NCBI GenBank assembly: GCA_035687245.1
Contig: DASRYH010000019.1
Location: forward strand, 11,733-75,732
DNA length: 64,000 nucleotides
From: Coriobacteriia bacterium
GTDB taxonomy: Bacteria; Actinomycetota; Coriobacteriia; Anaerosomatales; PHET01
Direction of reading: 5' to 3'
Positions 45,090 through 55,229 of the stretch are shown here, in pieces (position 1 is the stretch's first letter; the number at the start of each line of letters is the position of its first letter). The notes beneath the pieces were generated by a model. That model was given only the letters and a program-made list of their open reading frames with translations, searched no databases and was not told the origin of the DNA. The translations under genes and the position numbers were made by a program.

Positions 45090-45677
45090 ATGAGCAGAAG
45101 CGCCACGCTCGCCCGCACGACCGGCGAGACCGACATCACCATCGCGCTTGACCTGGACGGCTCGGGGCGTACCGAGATCGACACGGGCGTGCCCTTCTTC
45201 GACCACATGCTCGACGCCTTCGGCAGGCACGGGCTGTTCGATTTGAAGGTCGAGGCGGCAGGGGACCTGGCGGTCGATGCGCACCACACCGTCGAAGACG
45301 TCGGCATCGTGCTCGGGCAGTGCATCGCGCAGGCGTTGGGGGACAAGAGCGGCATCCGCCGCTTTGGCGACGCGGCGATTCCCATGGATGAGTCGCTGGT
45401 GCTCTCAGCCGTCGACATCTCGGGGCGCGGGCAGCTGCACTACGCCGTCGAGCTGCCGATTGAGATCATCGGGACGTTCGACACCACGCTTGCCAAGGAG
45501 TTCCTGATCGCGCTGGCCACCAACGCAGGCCTGACGCTGCACGTGCGCTCGCTCGCCGGCGACAACAGCCACCACATCATCGAGGCGGCTTTCAAGGCTG
45601 CGGCCCGCGCGCTTCGGCAGGCCGTTGAGATCGATCCGCGCGTCGAGGGCATCCCCAGCACGAAGGGCTCTCTGTGA
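45090..45677 (+). CDS. hisB: imidazoleglycerol-phosphate dehydratase
   Basis: RTTGETDITIALDLDGSG, DAHHTVEDVGI, NSHHIIEAAFKA. IGPD domain only, with no phosphatase domain. Confidence 0.95.
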   Translation: MSRSATLARTTGETDITIALDLDGSGRTEIDTGVPFFDHMLDAFGRHGLFDLKVEAAGDLAVDAHHTVEDVGIVLGQCIAQALGDKSGIRRFGDAAIPMDESLVLSAVDISGRGQLHYAVELPIEIIGTFDTTLAKEFLIALATNAGLTLHVRSLAGDNSHHIIEAAFKAAARALRQAVEIDPRVEGIPSTKGSL

Positions 45678-46294
45678 TAGCGATCATCGACTACAAGATG
45701 GGCAACCTGCGCAGCGTGCAGAAGGGCTTCGAGCACGCAGGCGTTACCGACGTCGTCGTGACCGATGACCCGGCCGTCGTCGAGCGCGCCGACGGCATCG
45801 TGTTGCCCGGCGTGGGCGCATTTCGTGACGCCGCCAACAACCTGAAGCTCTCGGGCGTCGAAGACGTCCTGCGTCACAAGGTGGGACACGGCACGCCGTT
45901 TCTGGGCATCTGCCTGGGGCTTCAGCTGCTTGCCGACATCGGTCTTGAGGACGGCGAGTGGGCGGGCCTCGGCCTGATCCCGGGCACGTGCGAGCGTCTG
46001 CCGGGCGGCGTGAAGATCCCGCACATCGGCTGGAACACCGTGGAGTACCCGCGTGACAGCGCCCTCTTCGACGGAATCGCCGAATCGACCGCGTTCTACT
46101 TCGTGCACAGCTATCGCGTCGTGCCGGCCGACGATTCGGCGATCATCGGCTCGACCGAGTACGGCGTGCGCTTTGCCGCTGCGGTTCAGAGCGGCAGCGT
46201 ATTCGCTGTTCAGTTCCACCCTGAGAAGTCGTCCACGAGCGGCCTGAAGCTGCTCGCGAACTTCGGTCGCATCGTCGAAGGAGCACGCGCGTGA
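45674..46294 (+). CDS. hisH: imidazole glycerol phosphate synthase, glutaminase subunit
   Basis: GTGA overlap with hisB. IAIIDYKMGNLRSV, GICLGLQLL, VQFHPEKS. Confidence 0.95.
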   Translation: MIAIIDYKMGNLRSVQKGFEHAGVTDVVVTDDPAVVERADGIVLPGVGAFRDAANNLKLSGVEDVLRHKVGHGTPFLGICLGLQLLADIGLEDGEWAGLGLIPGTCERLPGGVKIPHIGWNTVEYPRDSALFDGIAESTAFYFVHSYRVVPADDSAIIGSTEYGVRFAAAVQSGSVFAVQFHPEKSSTSGLKLLANFGRIVEGARA

Positions 46295-47025
46295 TCGTCT
46301 TTCCCGCTATCGACATCCTTGGCGGTCGTGCCGTGCGCCTGTCGCAGGGCGACTACGAGCGCGTCACCGTCTACAACGAGGACCCGGTCGCACAGGCGCG
46401 CGAGTTCGCCGAGGCCGGTGCCGAATGGATTCACGTCGTCGACCTCGACGGCGCGCGTGACGGAGTCCCCGGCAACATCGCCGTCGTTGAGCGCATCGCA
46501 CGCGAAGTCGGGCTGCCGGTTGAGAACGGCGGTGGCATCCGCACGCTGGAGACGATGCAGCGCTTGGCCGACGCTGGCGTGACGCGCATGGTGCTCGGTA
46601 CGAAGCTCGCCACCGACCCCGCGTTCGTGCGCGAGGCAGTCTCGCGTTTCGGCGCCGACGGTGTGGTCGCAGGCATCGACGCGCGCGACGGCATGGTGGC
46701 CGTCGAAGGCTGGCGCGAGGGCACGAGCACCCCGGCCGCGGAACTCGTGGCCGAGCTACGTGACCTGGGCATCCGGCACCTCGTCTACACCGACATCAGC
46801 CGCGACGGCATGCAGACCGGCGTCAACATCGAGGCCTACGACGAGATCGCCGAAACCGCCGGCTTCCCGGTCATCGCGAGCGGGGGAGTATCGACGCTCG
46901 ACGACTTCCGCGAGCTCGCGGCGCTTGGCCCCGACGTCATCGAAGGCGCTATCACGGGTCGCGCGCTCTACGAAGGCGCGTTCAAGCTCAAGCACGCGAT
47001 CCGCGCCGCTCGTGGGGAGTACTAG
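46291..47025 (+). CDS. hisA: ProFAR isomerase
   Basis: GTGA overlap with hisH. VFPAIDILGGRAVRLSQGDY, TDISRDGM. Confidence 0.9.
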   Translation: MIVFPAIDILGGRAVRLSQGDYERVTVYNEDPVAQAREFAEAGAEWIHVVDLDGARDGVPGNIAVVERIAREVGLPVENGGGIRTLETMQRLADAGVTRMVLGTKLATDPAFVREAVSRFGADGVVAGIDARDGMVAVEGWREGTSTPAAELVAELRDLGIRHLVYTDISRDGMQTGVNIEAYDEIAETAGFPVIASGGVSTLDDFRELAALGPDVIEGAITGRALYEGAFKLKHAIRAARGEY

Positions 47026-47028
47026 CCC

Positions 47029-47802
47029 ATGCTGATGAAGCGCGTCATACCCTGTCTTGATGTGCACGAGGGCCGTGTCGTCAAAGGCGTGAACTTCGTG
47101 AACCTGCGCGATGCCGGTGACCCCGTCGAGATGGCAGCGGTCTACGACAAGGCCGGCGCCGACGAGGTCGTCTTCCTCGACATCACCGCGACCCACGAGG
47201 AGCGTCCGCTGATGCTCGAGGTGGCGCGCCGAACCGCCGAAGAGTGCTTCATCCCTTACACGGTCGGCGGCGGCATGCGCTCTTCGGCAGACATCCGCGC
47301 GATGCTTTCGGCAGGCTGCGACAAGATCTCGATGAACTCGGCGGCGGTGAGAGCCCCCGAGCTCATCACAGAGACCAGCCGAATCTACGGCTCCCAGTGC
47401 ATCGTCGTGGCGATCGACGCCCGCCGAGTGCCCGGCTCGAACCCGGCTCGTTGGGAGGTCTTCGTTTCAGGTGGCCGCACGAATACGGGGCTGGATGCCG
47501 TCGCGTGGGCCGAAGAGGCGCTGAAGCGTGGCGCCGGCGAGATCCTTCTCACGAGCATGGACTGCGACGGCGTGAAGGACGGCTACGACATCGACCTCAC
47601 CCGCGCGATCACCCGCGCCGTCGACATCCCTGTCATCGCCAGCGGCGGGGCCGGCGAGCTCGACCACTTCGCCGAAGTCATCATCGAGGCCGATGCCGAT
47701 GCAGTACTGGCCGCAAGCGTCTTCCACTTCGGCGAGTTCACAGTGCGACAGGTCAAAGAACACATGGCGGCGGCGGGCATTCCCGTGCGTCTGGACTCCT
47801 AG
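47029..47802 (+). CDS. hisF: imidazole glycerol phosphate synthase, cyclase subunit
   Basis: [40 protein letters not shown]. Confidence 0.95.
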   Translation: MLMKRVIPCLDVHEGRVVKGVNFVNLRDAGDPVEMAAVYDKAGADEVVFLDITATHEERPLMLEVARRTAEECFIPYTVGGGMRSSADIRAMLSAGCDKISMNSAAVRAPELITETSRIYGSQCIVVAIDARRVPGSNPARWEVFVSGGRTNTGLDAVAWAEEALKRGAGEILLTSMDCDGVKDGYDIDLTRAITRAVDIPVIASGGAGELDHFAEVIIEADADAVLAASVFHFGEFTVRQVKEHMAAAGIPVRLDS

Positions 47803-48530
47803 TGGCTCAGCGGGTGCCCGACACGACCTTCTGGGACCGCGTCTACGCCGAAGCCGGCGCAGTATGGGGCCACTTCCCAGCCATTTCGGCGGAAGAGACC
47901 TGGTGGCGTCTTCGCGCGCGCCGTGGCACGCCGCGGGTCCTTGTGGCTGGCTGCGGCTACGGACGGCACGTCGCCTTCTTCGCGCGGCGCGGCTTCGACA
48001 CCAGCGGCATCGACGCTTCGCGTCCGGCCATCGAGATGGCACACGAGGCGGCCCGCGAAGACGGTCTGGAGATCGTGCTTACCTGCGCATCGGCCACTCG
48101 TATGCCGTTTCCGAACGCCGCGTTCGACGCGGTCTACGACCACGCTCTGCTGCATCACCTCGACGCCGCAGATCGTGAGCTGGCAGTTGCCGAATACCGC
48201 CGGGTGCTTCGCCCAGAAGGCCTGCTCATAGTGAGTGCGCTCTCGGTCGAAGACCCCGACTACCATCTCGGCCCGGAGCTCGAACCGGGGACGTTCTGCG
48301 GTGCCGATGGCCGACTGGAGCACTACTTCGAGCCCGATGAGCTCGTTGCGGCGCTCGACGGCTTCCACGTGGAGTCCGTCATCCCGCTCTCAGAACCGGG
48401 CGATGACGTGCTCTCGGAACCGCGGCGCTTCCTTAGGGCAGTCGGCAGGCGAGCCTCCGACGAGGAGCTTGCCGCGCGCATGCGGCGCAAGTGGGGCAAC
48501 CAGAAGCCGAGATTGCGCCGGCCGCGGTAG
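47802..48530 (+). CDS. class I SAM-dependent methyltransferase embedded in the his operon
   Basis: In-frame tail of ORF 47244..48530. The GTG at 47802 shares 1 nt with the hisF TAG. Motif I VLVAGCGYGRHVAFFARRGFDTSGIDAS; motif post-I/II FDAVYDHALLHHL; RPEGLLIV. Basic C-terminal tail. Confidence 0.75.
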   Translation: MAQRVPDTTFWDRVYAEAGAVWGHFPAISAEETWWRLRARRGTPRVLVAGCGYGRHVAFFARRGFDTSGIDASRPAIEMAHEAAREDGLEIVLTCASATRMPFPNAAFDAVYDHALLHHLDAADRELAVAEYRRVLRPEGLLIVSALSVEDPDYHLGPELEPGTFCGADGRLEHYFEPDELVAALDGFHVESVIPLSEPGDDVLSEPRRFLRAVGRRASDEELAARMRRKWGNQKPRLRRPR

Positions 48531-48605
48531 GGTCTGGCAGTGCCAATATCGTCTCGTGTGGTGCAGACTGACGCTTAGACAGCAGCGAGGGAGAGAAGCG
48601 AGATC

Positions 48606-48992
48606 ATGAGCAATCGCGAGAAGGACCTGCTCGGTCCCGATGAGATGAAGTTCGACGACTCCGGCCTGATCCCGGCAGTCGTTCAAGATGCCGAAAACGG
48701 CGACGTCCTTATGGTCGCCTACATGAACCGCGAGTCGCTCGTCGAGACGCTTGAGACGGGCAAGACGTGGTTCTGGAGCCGCAGCCGCCAGAAGTACTGG
48801 ATGAAGGGCGAGAGCAGCGGCCATACCCAGGACGTCCAGGAGATCCTCTACGACTGTGACGCCGACTGCCTGCTCGTCAAAGTCATCCAGAACGGTCCGG
48901 GCGCCTGCCACACCAACGAGCGCAGCTGCTTCTACCGCCGCCTCTACCCGGATGCCGCGTCGCTCGCAAAGGGAGCTGCCGAAGATGAGTGA
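48606..48992 (+). CDS. hisI: phosphoribosyl-AMP cyclohydrolase
   Basis: [45 protein letters not shown]. Confidence 0.9.
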   Translation: MSNREKDLLGPDEMKFDDSGLIPAVVQDAENGDVLMVAYMNRESLVETLETGKTWFWSRSRQKYWMKGESSGHTQDVQEILYDCDADCLLVKVIQNGPGACHTNERSCFYRRLYPDAASLAKGAAEDE

Positions 48993-49284
48993 GCAGAGCC
49001 GATTCGGCGAGGTAATCGACGCTTTGTGGGAGACGATCGAGGGGCGCCGTGACGCCGACCCCGAGGACTCCTACACCGCGCGTCTGCTGACCGGACACGA
49101 GGACAAGCTCCTGAAGAAGATCGGCGAAGAGGCGACCGAGGTCGTTATGGCCTCGAAGGACGCCGACGTCGACCACCTGCGCTACGAGGCCGGCGACCTC
49201 GTCTACCACCTGCTGGTAGTCCTTGCTCGCCACGGGATCACCCCCGACGACCTCGCCGAGGAGCTTGCGGCCCGCTTCAAGTAG
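48985..49284 (+). CDS. hisE: phosphoribosyl-ATP pyrophosphatase
   Basis: ORF 48856..49284 trimmed to the ATG at 48985 (8-nt overlap with hisI). [39 protein letters not shown]. Confidence 0.9.
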   Translation: MSEQSRFGEVIDALWETIEGRRDADPEDSYTARLLTGHEDKLLKKIGEEATEVVMASKDADVDHLRYEAGDLVYHLLVVLARHGITPDDLAEELAARFK

Positions 49285-49311
49285 CGCTTGCGCACGGCCG
49301 ATACCAAAGGC

Positions 49312-50334
49312 ATGTCAGATTCGCCTCTATATCAGCCGCGACGAGACCGTCACGAGCCGCTGTGGGACCGCGTCGATCGCAACCGGGTCGAGCTCGCGAT
49401 CTTCATCTGCGTGTTCGTGCTGGTAGCGGTAGCTGTGCTCGACGTCATGGCCACCGTCGTGCTGGGCGTCTTCGGCGTCATGGTGATGGGTTCGGTGCGT
49501 CAGAGCATCACGCTCGGACAGCTGGAGAGCGTCTTCGTCGGCTCGAGTCTGCTCTTCCTCGTTCTGTCGCTTCTGTGGGTGGGAGTCTCGCTGCGCCGTC
49601 CCGAGAAGTGGGTTGTGAAGCGCTTCGGCGCTCAGTTCGTGCCGAAGGGCGCGGAGCTGCCCACCAAGATGGCGCTCAAGGACATGGCGATCGCGGGCGG
49701 TCTGCCCATGGCGCCCGCGCTCTATCTTCTGCCGCAGTCCTCGGTGAACGCGTTCGTCTTCGCCACCGGCAGGCGTCGCGCGGTCTGCGGCGTGACTCGC
49801 GGCTTCATCGACAAGCTCTCCGTCGACGAGCAGCGCGCTGTATTCGCAAACCTCGTCGCACGCCTGATCGCCGGCGACACCTACACCGCCGCTGGCATCG
49901 CGTCGATCGTCTGGCCGATGTATGCGTGGGACGACGCGATGATGGAGGCGCGCAATGCCGAGATCGATGCCGCCTTCATAAGCGATCGCCGCAAGAAGGA
50001 CACGAGCGAGGAGGCCGCGGCGCGCATCTTCTTCGGCGTCGCGTTCGCGATTCTCTCGTCGCTGTTCGAAGCGTGGCACCGCCGCAAGCAGCGCGCAGTT
50101 TCGGAGAAGGCGGATGCCGAAGGCATGCTCCTGCTCAAAGACCCGCGCTCGATGGTCTCAGCGCTCGAGCGCTGCATCGAACTCGACAACACGGTTCCCA
50201 CGGCAGGCGAGGCCTTCGCCGACCTCTTCTTCTGCTGGACGGGCCCGGCGCGCAACGACCACACCGACCCTGAGTGGCGGCGAGTGGCGCGCCTGCGCGA
50301 GGTACTTGGCGTCGAGGGCGCTCGCATCGGCTAG
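49312..50334 (+). CDS. M48/HtpX-like membrane protein lacking the HEXXH zinc site (probable pseudo-peptidase)
   Basis: Two N-terminal TM helices. M48-like LPQSSVNAFVFATGRRRAVCGVTRGFIDKLSVDEQRAVFANLVARLIAGD, where HEXXH is expected at ANLVA (49846-49860). Downstream SEKADAEGMLLLKDPRSMVSALERC resembles the ExxAD third-ligand segment. Start is ATG 49312 or TTG 49288. Confidence 0.65.
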   Translation: MSDSPLYQPRRDRHEPLWDRVDRNRVELAIFICVFVLVAVAVLDVMATVVLGVFGVMVMGSVRQSITLGQLESVFVGSSLLFLVLSLLWVGVSLRRPEKWVVKRFGAQFVPKGAELPTKMALKDMAIAGGLPMAPALYLLPQSSVNAFVFATGRRRAVCGVTRGFIDKLSVDEQRAVFANLVARLIAGDTYTAAGIASIVWPMYAWDDAMMEARNAEIDAAFISDRRKKDTSEEAAARIFFGVAFAILSSLFEAWHRRKQRAVSEKADAEGMLLLKDPRSMVSALERCIELDNTVPTAGEAFADLFFCWTGPARNDHTDPEWRRVARLREVLGVEGARIG

Positions 50335-50442
50335 CGCGGTAGGCAGCGTACGCGCGGGTACACCAGCAGTCGAGTCTCCGGCAACAAAGAAACGGGCCAC
50401 CATTCGGCGACCCGTTCGGCAACTGCTGAGTATTCGCGATGA

Positions 50443-50589
50443 CTAGAAGGCGGGCCGCGTCATCTTGACCTGAAAGCCCGTGCCACCGCACTGCGGACAC
50501 CTGATGTGGCCCTTGCCACCCGGCGACGGCGATTTGACTTCGACGTAGCGGTTGCCCTTGCAGTGCGGGCAGGTCTCCTTGCGAACCAT
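50443..50589 (-). CDS. small zinc-ribbon protein (48 aa) with two CxxCxGxx motifs
   Basis: ORF 50443..50691 trimmed to the ATG at 50589, which has GGAGG 6 nt upstream. MVRKETCPHCKGNRYVEVKSPSPGGKGHIRCPQCGGTGFQVKMTRPAF. Confidence 0.5.
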   Translation of the reverse strand: MVRKETCPHCKGNRYVEVKSPSPGGKGHIRCPQCGGTGFQVKMTRPAF

Positions 50590-50756
50590 TTCGCGCCTCC
50601 ATCGCTCCCGAGACGGTGATCGACTCAAATCATAGTTCGGCACATACATAGCCAAACTCAAGCCAACTTTTGTGTCAGTGATGCCGCTCACCGAATGGTT
50701 ACAGCTGTTCAGACGGTGTTGATGACAATGTATGAAGAACGGTCACAAACCGCAGG

Positions 50757-50784
50757 TTGCACTCGCGGTTCGGGGCGGTATACA
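50757..50784 (+). promoter_or_regulatory. candidate sigma-70-type promoter for the trp leader
   Basis: TTGCAC (50757-50762), a 16-nt spacer, then TATACA (50779-50784), about 25 nt upstream of the T-box Stem I base. Confidence 0.35.
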
Positions 50785-50807
50785 CTCCCGTGCAACCGAA
50801 TAGCACG

Positions 50808-51097
50808 CCCATGACGGGGAAGAGTACGTCGGTACTGCAGCTATAGAGAGCCGGGGACGGTGGAAACCTGGCGCGAGGAACCGGCGGAATGGGCCCCTGA
50901 GGCTCCGGAGCAACGGCCGTGATGGCCTACTAGTTCCGGCGGACCCCCACCGATACAAGGGGCCGGGTATAAAAGGGCGCGAAAGCGCACAAGTACCGAC
51001 AGGACTGAGTGGGCCGAATCCTCTGCGATTCGGTCAACAAGGGTGGCACCGCGAGAGAGTCTCTCGTCCCTTGGAGGACGGGAGTCTTTTTGTTTTC
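50808..51097 (+). promoter_or_regulatory. T-box riboswitch leader with Trp (UGG) specifier, upstream of trpE
   Basis: Stem I base GGGG (50816-19) pairs with CCCC (50894-97), flanked by UGA...UGAG (GA/K-turn-like). AGAGUA at 50821-26. AG bay AGAGAG at 50845-50. Distal loop GGUGGAAAC. Specifier loop GAA-UGG-G with UGG at 50890-92. Stem III ccgaatc/gattcgg at 51014-33. T-box sequence AACAAGGGUGGCACCGCGAG at 51036-55, followed by a terminator. Confidence 0.85.
51058..51096 (+). terminator. intrinsic terminator of the T-box leader (alternative to the antiterminator)
   Basis: agtctctcgtcc (51058-69) pairs with ggacgggagtct (51076-87), with one G-U pair, one mismatch and a 6-nt loop. It is followed by tttttgtttt. 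The 5' arm overlaps the 3' part of the T-box/antiterminator region. Confidence 0.75.
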
Positions 51098-51152
51098 CCG
51101 GACTCTGAGTGGCGGGTGAGAGAGTCGCACGCGGTGCCTGGGAAGGACAGCA

Positions 51153-52649
51153 GTGATACTGCCGAGCAGGGAAGAGTTCGTACGGCTGGCCGCCGACCAC
51201 GACGTGGTTCCGGTGGCGCGCGAGGTCTACGCCGATCTCGCCACGCCAATCAGCGCCTTCATGGCGCTTGCCGAAGGTGCCGAGCATGCGTTTCTGCTCG
51301 AGAGCGTCGTCGGCGGAGAGCGTCTCGGGCGCTACAGCTTTCTGGGTGTGGGCGACCGTGCCGTCATCACCGGTCGCGGCCACGAGGTCGTCGTCGAAAA
51401 CGGTGGCGTGCACGGTGAGCGTGCCGAAGACCCGCTGCGCGTCGTCTCGCGCGAGCTGGGCGCGGGCAGCGTTGCGCGCGTGCCGGGGCTACCGCTTCTG
51501 GTGGGCGGGGCCGTGGGCTACATCGGCTACGAGACGGCGACCAGCTTCGAGAAGGTCCCGCGCCACACCAATGACGAGCTGAACGTCCCGGACTTCTGCT
51601 TCATGCTGGCCGACGTCGTGGTCGCCTTCGACCATGCGCGCCGCGTGCTGCAGGTCATCGCGCCGGTGCGTCCCGGTGGAGCGCCGGAGATGGCCTACGA
51701 GGCCGCGCTCAAGCGTATCGAGACCTACCTTCGCCGAATCGATCAGGGCCCGCGCGGTGTCGAGCTGGGCGCCGTGGGCATCGAGGCCGAGGTGCCGCTT
51801 CACGAGCACACCAGCCGCGACGACTTCGAGCAGCAGGTGCGCGTCGCGCAAGAGCACATTGCCGCCGGCGACATCTTCCAAGTCGTGCTTTCGCAGCGCT
51901 TCTCCGCACCGTTCGAGGGCGATGGGCTCGACCTCTACCGTGTTCTGCGCGCTGTGAACCCGAGCCCCTACATGTTCTACGTGCGCACCCGCGACGTGAC
52001 GCTTGTGGGCTCGAGCCCCGAGCCGCTCGTGCGCGTCGAGGAAGACTCAGTGCTCACCCGTCCGCTTGCAGGAACGCGTCCGCGCGGAGCCACGGCTGCC
52101 GAAGACGGTCGACTGCGTGCCGACCTGCTTGCCGACGAGAAGGAGCGCGCCGAGCACGTCATGCTCGTCGACCTGGGTCGCAACGACATCGGTCGAGTGG
52201 CCGCGCCGGGCACGGTGAGCGTGGACGAGCTCATGGAGGTCGAGTACTACAGCCACGTCATGCACATCGTCAGCAACGTCACGGGCACGCTCGCCGAAGG
52301 CAAGGACGCGATCGACGCGCTTGAGGCGACCTTCCCGGCCGGTACCGTCTCCGGTGCGCCGAAGGTGCGTGCGATGGAGCTCATCGCCGAGCTCGAGCCT
52401 GCCGCACGCGGCCCGTATGCGGGTACGGTCGGCTACTTCGGCCTCGATGGAGCGATGGACATGTGCATCACGATCCGCACCGTCGTTCTGAAGGACGGGC
52501 GCGCCTACCTGCAGTCGGGCGCGGGTATCGTGGCCGACTCAGACCCTGCTCGCGAGTACGAGGAGTGCCGCCACAAGGCCGCCGCGCTGCACAAAGCGCT
52601 CGAACTGGCCGCAGGCATGCGCCTGGGCGAGGAAGGCGGTGCGCTGTGA
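51153..52649 (+). CDS. trpE: anthranilate synthase component I
   Basis: GTG start with a [52 protein letters not shown]. Confidence 0.95.
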   Translation: MILPSREEFVRLAADHDVVPVAREVYADLATPISAFMALAEGAEHAFLLESVVGGERLGRYSFLGVGDRAVITGRGHEVVVENGGVHGERAEDPLRVVSRELGAGSVARVPGLPLLVGGAVGYIGYETATSFEKVPRHTNDELNVPDFCFMLADVVVAFDHARRVLQVIAPVRPGGAPEMAYEAALKRIETYLRRIDQGPRGVELGAVGIEAEVPLHEHTSRDDFEQQVRVAQEHIAAGDIFQVVLSQRFSAPFEGDGLDLYRVLRAVNPSPYMFYVRTRDVTLVGSSPEPLVRVEEDSVLTRPLAGTRPRGATAAEDGRLRADLLADEKERAEHVMLVDLGRNDIGRVAAPGTVSVDELMEVEYYSHVMHIVSNVTGTLAEGKDAIDALEATFPAGTVSGAPKVRAMELIAELEPAARGPYAGTVGYFGLDGAMDMCITIRTVVLKDGRAYLQSGAGIVADSDPAREYEECRHKAAALHKALELAAGMRLGEEGGAL

Positions 52650-54355
52650 TCCTCGTAATCGACAACTACGACAGCTTCACCTACAACCTCGTGCAGCTGC
52701 TCGCGGCGCTGGGCGCAGAGGTCGAGGTGCGCCGCAACGATGTGATCACTGCCGAAGAGGCGCTGGCGCTCGCTCCCAAGGGCATCGTCATCTCGCCGGG
52801 GCCCGGCAGGCCCGAAGACGCCGGTATCTCCCGCGATGTCATCCGGGCCGCCGCCGAGGCGCGCGTTCCTCTGCTGGGCGTATGCCTCGGCCACCAGTCG
52901 ATCGCAGAGGTCTTCGGCGGGTCGGTATGCAGGGCGCCGAAAGCGATCCACGGCAAGACCGACGAGGTCAGCCACGACGGTACGGGCGTCTTCGCAGGCG
53001 TGCCGAACCCGTTCACGGCCACGCGCTATCACTCGTTATGCGTCGCCGACGATGTTGCTGCACCGCTGCACGTCAACGCGCGCACGCCGGACGGCGTGAT
53101 CATGGGCCTGCAGCACGACACTCTGCCCGTCTTCGGCGTTCAGTTCCATCCAGAGAGCGTGCTCACGCCGGAGGGAACCAAGATCCTCGCGAACTTCCTC
53201 GACGTCTCGGGTGAGGTGCCGCTCTCAGGCGAAGCCAGCGGCGCGCCGGCGATCGTGTCGGCAGCGGGCGGATCGGCGCGCGCAAGCGTGGCAACAGCCG
53301 AGATCGAGACCGTCCAGCAGGGCATCGCGCGTGTCGCAAGCGGCGAGTCGCTGACCGAGGTCGAGGCGGAGCGCCTCATGGGCTCGATCATGGACGGCGA
53401 TGCCTCGGATGCGCAGATCAGCGCGCTGGTGGTGGGCATGCGCATGAAGGGAGAGACGGTCGACGAGATCGTCGGCTTCGCGCGCGCCATGCGCGCCCGC
53501 GCCACGGCTGTCGTGCCGGTCTCCAAAGACGTCATCGATACCTGCGGCACCGGCGGCGACGGGCTGCACACCTTCAACATCTCGACCACCACCGCATTCG
53601 TGCTGGCAGGAGCCGGTGTGCACGTCGCCAAGCACGGCAACCGTGCTGTCTCCTCCAAGGCCGGCAGCGCGGACGTACTCGAGTCCCTCGGCGTGGACAT
53701 CTCGCTTTCGCCCGCCGACACGGCGCGCTGCATCGACGAAGTGGGAATCGGATTTCTCTTCGCGCAGGCGTTGCACGCGAGCATGCGTCACGCCGGTCCC
53801 ACGCGTCAGCAGATCGGCATCCGCACGGTCTTCAACATCCTCGGACCGCTGACCAACCCTGCGGGCGCCAAGCGTCAGCTGCTGGGCATCTACGACCCGC
53901 GTCTCGCTCCTGTGATCGCCGAAGTGGCCGGTCGCCTGGGCTCCGAGCGCGTGCTCGTGGTCAACGGTCACCCCGGTATGGACGAGGTCTCCGGAAGCGG
54001 TCCCACCACCGTTGCCGACTACCGCGATGGCGCCGTGAGCGTCTACGAGGTCACTCCCGAGCAGGTGGGCATCGCTCGCGGCACGCTCGCCGACATCGCT
54101 GGTGGCGACGGCACCGAGAACGCCGCCATCGTTCGGCAGATCCTGGCTGGCGAAGGCGGGCCGCGCCGCGACGTCGTGCTGCTCAACGCCGGCATGGCGC
54201 TCGTGGCGGCCGGCAAGGCCGCTGATCTCGCCGAAGGAGTCGGCCTTGCGCGCGAGAGTATCGACAGCCGCAAGGCGCTCGGCTCGCTCGACGCGCTCGT
54301 GGCGCTCTCGACCCGCTTGGCCGAGGCCGCACGCGCGAACAAGGGGGTGTCGTGA
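52646..54355 (+). CDS. trpGD: bifunctional anthranilate synthase component II / anthranilate phosphoribosyltransferase (TrpG-TrpD fusion)
   Basis: In-frame tail of ORF 52463..54355. The GTG at 52646 overlaps the trpE stop (GTGA). GATase part: [28 protein letters not shown]. Linker, then TrpD part: [34 protein letters not shown]. Confidence 0.9.
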   Translation: MILVIDNYDSFTYNLVQLLAALGAEVEVRRNDVITAEEALALAPKGIVISPGPGRPEDAGISRDVIRAAAEARVPLLGVCLGHQSIAEVFGGSVCRAPKAIHGKTDEVSHDGTGVFAGVPNPFTATRYHSLCVADDVAAPLHVNARTPDGVIMGLQHDTLPVFGVQFHPESVLTPEGTKILANFLDVSGEVPLSGEASGAPAIVSAAGGSARASVATAEIETVQQGIARVASGESLTEVEAERLMGSIMDGDASDAQISALVVGMRMKGETVDEIVGFARAMRARATAVVPVSKDVIDTCGTGGDGLHTFNISTTTAFVLAGAGVHVAKHGNRAVSSKAGSADVLESLGVDISLSPADTARCIDEVGIGFLFAQALHASMRHAGPTRQQIGIRTVFNILGPLTNPAGAKRQLLGIYDPRLAPVIAEVAGRLGSERVLVVNGHPGMDEVSGSGPTTVADYRDGAVSVYEVTPEQVGIARGTLADIAGGDGTENAAIVRQILAGEGGPRRDVVLLNAGMALVAAGKAADLAEGVGLARESIDSRKALGSLDALVALSTRLAEAARANKGVS

Positions 54356-55155
54356 GCTTCCTTGAGGACATGGTTGCCCGCCGAAAGGCCCGCATCGCAG
54401 CCGAGTTCGGCGAGATGACCCCTGCGGACCGCGAGCGGCTTGCGTGCTGCGCGCGGCCCGTCCGCGGCTTCGCTGCCGCGCTCACCGAGCGCTCCGACGT
54501 CGCCGTGATCGCCGAGGTCAAGAAGGCGTCGCCGAGTGTAGGCCCGATCGCGCCGCACTGCGAGGCGTCGAAGCAGGCGCTGCACTACCAAGACGGGGGA
54601 GCCGCCGCCATCAGCGTGCTCACCGAGACTGAGAGCTTCGGCGGGTCGTTCGGCGACCTGTCGGACGTGGCGGACGCGGTCGATCTACCGGTGCTGTGTA
54701 AGGACTTCGTGGTCGACCCGGTGCAGCTGTTCGTGGCGCGCGGGCACGGCGCCGATGCGGTGCTGCTCATGGTGAGCGTGCTGGGCGAACAGGTCGCCGA
54801 ATACGTCGACATCGCAACCACCCTCGGGCTTACGCCGCTCGTCGAGGTCATCAACGGCCGCGAGCTGCAGATTGCCTACCGCGCGGGCGCGAAGGTGGTC
54901 GCGGTCAACAGCCGTGACCTGCACACACTCGAGGTGGACGGCCGAAAGGCCCGGGGAGTCGTGGCCAAGGTCGCTTCGGCAGGGCTCGTGGCTGTGGCGG
55001 CAAGCGGCGTGAAGACACGCGGCGACGTGGCGCGCGTGGCCGAGGTAGGTGCTTCGGCGGTTCTAGTGGGCGAGACGCTCATGCGCGCCGAGTTTCCCGA
55101 AGACGTTTTGGAGGTTCTGACGGGCGTCGCCAAACGCACGCCCGTGGAGTCATAG
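54352..55155 (+). CDS. trpC: indole-3-glycerol phosphate synthase
   Basis: GTGA overlap with trp[40 protein letters not shown]. Confidence 0.9.
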   Translation: MSFLEDMVARRKARIAAEFGEMTPADRERLACCARPVRGFAAALTERSDVAVIAEVKKASPSVGPIAPHCEASKQALHYQDGGAAAISVLTETESFGGSFGDLSDVADAVDLPVLCKDFVVDPVQLFVARGHGADAVLLMVSVLGEQVAEYVDIATTLGLTPLVEVINGRELQIAYRAGAKVVAVNSRDLHTLEVDGRKARGVVAKVASAGLVAVAASGVKTRGDVARVAEVGASAVLVGETLMRAEFPEDVLEVLTGVAKRTPVES

Positions 55156-55229
55156 AGATCGACAGCGGTTCCGGCTCGACCATATGGGTACGACAGTGAT
55201 GATCATGAGAGAAGGAAGGGAGTACCGAC

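Noticed and set aside
50743-51418. Small ORFs in the trpE upstream region (50743..50958, 50841..51413, 50930..51130, 51034..51249, 51071..51418), and the idea of a Trp-codon leader-peptide attenuator
   Set aside because: The region is fully explained by a T-box RNA. No short ORF with tandem Trp codons and an RBS is present.
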